A stretch of DNA of 64,000 nt from assembly GCA_964016885.1 (NCBI GenBank), contig OZ024760.1, forward strand, positions 10,168,001-10,232,000, in the 5' to 3' direction. This DNA is from Eledone cirrhosa. Taxonomy: Eukaryota. The translations under genes and the position numbers were made by a program. The notes beneath the pieces are model-generated. The model ran no database searches. It worked only from the letters and a program-made list of their open reading frames with translations, and had not been told where the DNA came from. This document shows positions 40,515 to 64,000 of the stretch, one piece after another. Each line of letters starts with the position of its first letter. Positions within the stretch are counted from its first letter, which is position 1.

Positions 40515-41738
40515 GCAAGCTAACTACACATGTTAGAGAGTGTGGAGTGGGATACTACTAGACTACAATAGAAGAGGACGGGATTGCAGAGATAGACAGA
40601 TAAACCCCTTGTCCCAAGTTTCAAAGAATCCATTTCACAACAGGGAGACATAAAAAGAAGGAATAGAGAAGAGGGGGGAAGGGGAGCCAAAGGAAAAACC
40701 AAAAAGGATGTAAATAAATGAGGCAATGAGATTAGATGAAAACGGCCAGTAGATCTGGCACACCAGATGATACACTGCATCAACATACACAGATATGCTC
40801 AAGAACCGCTTTCTGCCCTTCATCAATATTTATTAGTAGTAGTATTTATTTGTGTAATAGAATCTCTTTGATAATATTGGTTGTTGCTTTTTGTAATTTT
40901 TTTTTTTTTTATTTTCCTTTTTTTCGAGAGTTTTTTTGAGGGGTGGGTGGGTGGGGGGGTTAAAAAGCATCGTTTTAATAAAAGCCAATGCATATTGAAG
41001 CTGGCAGAGAAGCCGATATAAGACAACACCAGGGTGCATATGGCTTGTGATGGTTAAAAGTTGGGAATTATGAAGGAAGTTGAAAGGTTATTCATCGTCG
41101 GTTCTAGTTCAAGTTTGGACAGCCCGTTTATTCAATATAGTACTGGCTCAGTTAATAATACAGAAAATTATTTAAAGAAAAATATTTTTTCCAGGTGGAA
41201 GGAAAAAAAAAAAAAGATATTTATTTTTTTCCAAATATTTCTGGTTTCTTTAAAATGCCAAGAACTATTTCAACAAATGTATCTTTTTTGTAGCTTTTCT
41301 TTACATATTATATTTATTTTGCTTAATTGCTTGATTTGTTTCATTTTTTTCCCTCTCTCTCTCACAGAGACGGTGGGTAAGAATCAGAAAATTTAAAGTA
41401 AAAAGAAAATTGGACAAAAAAAAAAAAAAAAAGAAGACATTATGTTGAGCAAAGACTAAGCATATAAATTAACCAGAAATTTCTTATTTAACAGAAAAAA
41501 AAAAAAAAAAAAATTTGATTTACAAAAAAAAAAAAATAACCCAGATCAAAAGCAATATTATTATTTTTTGTGTGCCAATCCGTGTGTCTGGCAGGCAAAG
41601 ATGTAAGATTACGAGCCATTGTGAAAGGCAGGACAGGAAAAAAGCAACAGTGGATGATGTTTTCACCAGTAGGCAAATTTTGACACAAACACAAATGAAG
41701 ACAGCACTTCTGGCCAACTGATATGAATGCCAGACTCA
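39580..41738 (-). terminator. Probable ~2.1-kb stathmin 3'UTR ending at a poly(A) signal (AATAAA at 39634-39629) with a downstream GU-rich element
   Basis: U-rich, TE-poor stretch after the stop codon; AAUAAA followed by guuggaguuuguuuacg...ugugugug on the minus strand. Other AATAAA sites exist upstream. Confidence 0.5.
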
Positions 41739-60945
<19,207 letters not shown>

Positions 60946-61200
60946 GTCTTTAGTTGAAAGGAAGCAGTCACACTGAAGGCACTAATAACTAGTCACTGTT
61001 TAGTCTTCCTTCGGTCCAGCTGAAATATAATATCGGAGACTTACTTAGCACGAGACAGCGTTGATGAGAGTCCGGTAATTGTACATCTCAATATATCCTC
61101 TAATGTGTTCAACTGCTGCAGCCTGACAAAACACAAGCCCCTATGAGTAATGCTGCTGCAGTTGGCAAGATTTTCTCAAGTCTGACGTAATGATGGGCAT
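60946..61200 (-). promoter_or_regulatory. Stathmin 5'UTR / candidate proximal promoter
   Basis: Locally CpG-containing unique sequence with CRE-like TGACGTAA (61183-61190) and AP-1-like TGAGTAA (~61144). An acceptor-like site at 61020 means an upstream non-coding exon is also possible. Confidence 0.35.
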
Positions 61201-61228
61201 ATTGATTTTAGCTAGCAGTAGCAGTAGC

Positions 61229-61259
<31 letters not shown>

Positions 61260-61584
61260 ACAGTAGCAGCAGAAGCAGTAATAGCAGCAGCTACAACTAC
61301 CAAAGCAGGCCTGCATTAAATTTAGTAGATGTAGCTTTACAACATTGATGACAAATAGCTTACAACAGCTAAACTACACTTTGCATTTTGGACCTGTAAA
61401 ATCTGTTGTACCTAGTGACGGATAATTTAGGAGTAGAAAATAATAAATAAGCAAAATCTGCTTCTGTAAACTACTAGGATAGTCAGTTCCTAGACATGGA
61501 TGAACCAACTGTTGATTGTTAGAGATAGAACAGTTTTCTAGAAACTTCCTTCTTTTTTACAACTCACCTTACACCTTTCTCCGT

Positions 61585-63210
61585 GGAGGTGTATGGCCAC
61601 CTTGTGGTAAAAGCCTTGAACTAATGACCATAATGACATGGGATCAATTTTTGGATTGGGTTGTTTTGTTGAATTCTTGAGCAAAACACAAAACACTTCA
61701 TTTATGTTGCTCCAGTATACTCAGCTGAAAATGAGTTCCAGCAATAGCTGGGGGTCTAACCCTGCAATAGACTGGCGTCCTGTCCAGGGAGTCTTGTATT
61801 CTCAGTCACTTAACACCACAGAAACTGGAATAAACAATGGCTTGATGATCCTCCAGGTTCAAGACAGACTTTAACCCTGCAATAGACTGGCATCTTGTCC
61901 AGAGAGAGTCTTGTACTCTCAGTCACTTAACACAGAAACTGGAATAAACAATGACTTGATCCTCCAGGTTCAAGACAGACTTTAACCCTGCAATAGACTG
62001 GCATCCTGTCCAGGGAGAGTCTTGTACTCTCAGTCACTTAACACCGCAGAAATTGGAATAAACAATGACTTGATCCTCCGGGTTCAAGACAGACTTTAAC
62101 CCTGCAATAGACTGGCACCCTGTCCAGGGAGAGTCTTGTACTCTCAGTCACTTAACACCGCAGAAATTGGAATAAACAATGACTTGATCCTCCAGGTTCA
62201 AGGCAGACTTTAACCCTGCAATGGACTGGCATCCTGTCCAGGGAGAGTCTTGTACTCTCAGTCACTTAACACAGAAACTGGAATAAACACTGGCTTGATC
62301 CTCCAGGTTCAAGACAGACTTTAACCCTGCAATAGACTGGCATCCTGTCCAGGGAGAGTCTTGTACTCTCAGTCACTTAACACTACAGAAACTGGAATAA
62401 ACAATGGCTTGATCCTCCAGGTTCAAGACAGACTTTAACCCTGCAATAGACTGACATCCTGTCCAGGGAGAGTCTTGTACTCTCAGTCACTTAACACAGA
62501 AACTGGAATAAACAATGACTTGATCCTCCGGGTTCAAGACAGACTTTAACCCTGCAATAGACTGACATCCTGTCCAGGGAGAGTCTTGTACTCTCAGTCA
62601 CTTAACACAGAAACTGGAATAAACACTGGCTTGATCCTCCAGGTTCAAGACAGACTTTAACCCTGCAATAGACTGGCATCCTGTCCAGGGAGAGTCTTGT
62701 ACTCTCAGTCACTTAACACTACAGAAACTGGAATAAACAATGGCTTGATCCTCCAGGTTCAAGACAGACTTTAACCCTGCAATGGACTGGCATCCTGTCC
62801 AGGGAGAGTCTTGTACTCTCAGTCAACACAGAAACTGGAATAAACACTGGCTTGATCCTCCAGGTTCAAGACAGACTTTAACCCTGCAATGGACTGGCAT
62901 CCTGACCAGGGAGAGTCTTGTACTCTCAGTCACTTAACACAGAAATTGGAATAAACAATGGCTTGATCCTCCAGGTTCAAGACAGACTTTAACCCTGCAA
63001 TGGACTAGCATCCTATCCAGGGAGAGTCTTGTACTCTCACTTAACACAGAAACTGGAATAAACAATGGCTTGATCCTCCAGGTTCAAGACAGACTTTAAC
63101 CCTGCAATGGACTGGCCTCCTGTCCAGGGAGAGTCTTGTACTCTCAGTCACTTACCACAGAAACTGGAATAAGCACTAGCTTGATGATCCTCCAGATTCA
63201 AGACAGACAC
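61585..63210 (+). repeat. SINE head followed by ~13 tandem copies (~105-115 bp) of its 3' half
   Basis: Unit AACCCTGCAATAGACTGGCATCCTGTCCAGGGAGAGTCTTGTACTCTCAG...CAAGACAGACTTT; monomeric relative at ~4990-5100 minus. Confidence 0.9.
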
Positions 63211-64000
63211 ATTACACCCATCATTAGCATCAGTCATTTTTTCTAAACTTCCATGGGTTGGGATATAACTGTTGTGGGGGAGGTTTCCTATGACTTGATG
63301 CCCTTCCCAACACCTTATGATCAATGTAAACTCTCCTAACAGGATGGACTTTTACAAAACTCCACCTGGGTGTTTATGTTCCCTCTTTCCATTCTTGTAT
63401 TCAATGGGACGAGACTTTTTGAAGCAGGTTTTGTTTGGATGACTGACACTTTAAGTGACACATTTTCTAATCTTCAAATTTCAATGTAGATGAACTAATC
63501 TAACAGGGAGGGGAATGAGAGGTTCTTCTACGAATCCTACCACATATTTTGTGATGTAGCTTCTAGAGATAGTTTAAGCCATTTAAGGGTCATCGCCCTT
63601 TTTTAAACAATCCCTCCCACAGCCAGAAAAAAAAAGTGTGTTTGCATCTTACATAGTCAAGCAGTTCTCCAACATTATTCAAAAACCACAAAAAAAGTGC
63701 CGACGTGTGTACAGTGATGTTTGGCGGAAAGAATAACCTCAGGTTCTCAGAAGGTTGAGAAAGCCCAGGAAAAAAATAATGGCAATTGCGATTAATTAAT
63801 GTGGAGCAGGATATTAGAATTTTACAGCTTTTATTTATTATTTTTGTAAATATTTGTTGACAGCTTTTGTTTAAAAACCATGTATGTAGAGGTACATTTC
63901 AAGCATCATTATAGAAAATAAATGATTGCTATTTGCAATGGATACTTTGACCCTCCAAATATATGTTTATGCTACAACCAGTTCCCCCCCCCCCCCATCA

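Overview
Eukaryotic, AT-rich, microsatellite-dense DNA whose SINE families resemble those of octopod cephalopods (inferred). Most ORF-track entries are simple-repeat artefacts. One real gene is present: a minus-strand, 7-coding-exon stathmin (CDS 60945->41739, 285 aa, reconstructed by hand with consistent GT-AG phases). It has a symmetric Cys-containing N-terminal exon and about four tubulin-binding repeats, two of them on single skippable exons. The left ~27 kb is packed with Penelope-like element (PLE) remnants, many set in (TA)n tracts and folded into inverted repeats. By eye I find about 19 minimal type-I hammerhead ribozyme motifs at 17 loci, from several unrelated sequence families, including U3:A8 core variants and stem covariation. 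Also present are an RTE LINE with a 5' inversion and 11-bp TSD inside a PLE RT, tRNA-derived SINEs, a Helitron-like element, piggyBac- and hAT-like MITEs, and minisatellites built from SINE or MITE parts. All calls are from manual reading; no searches were run.
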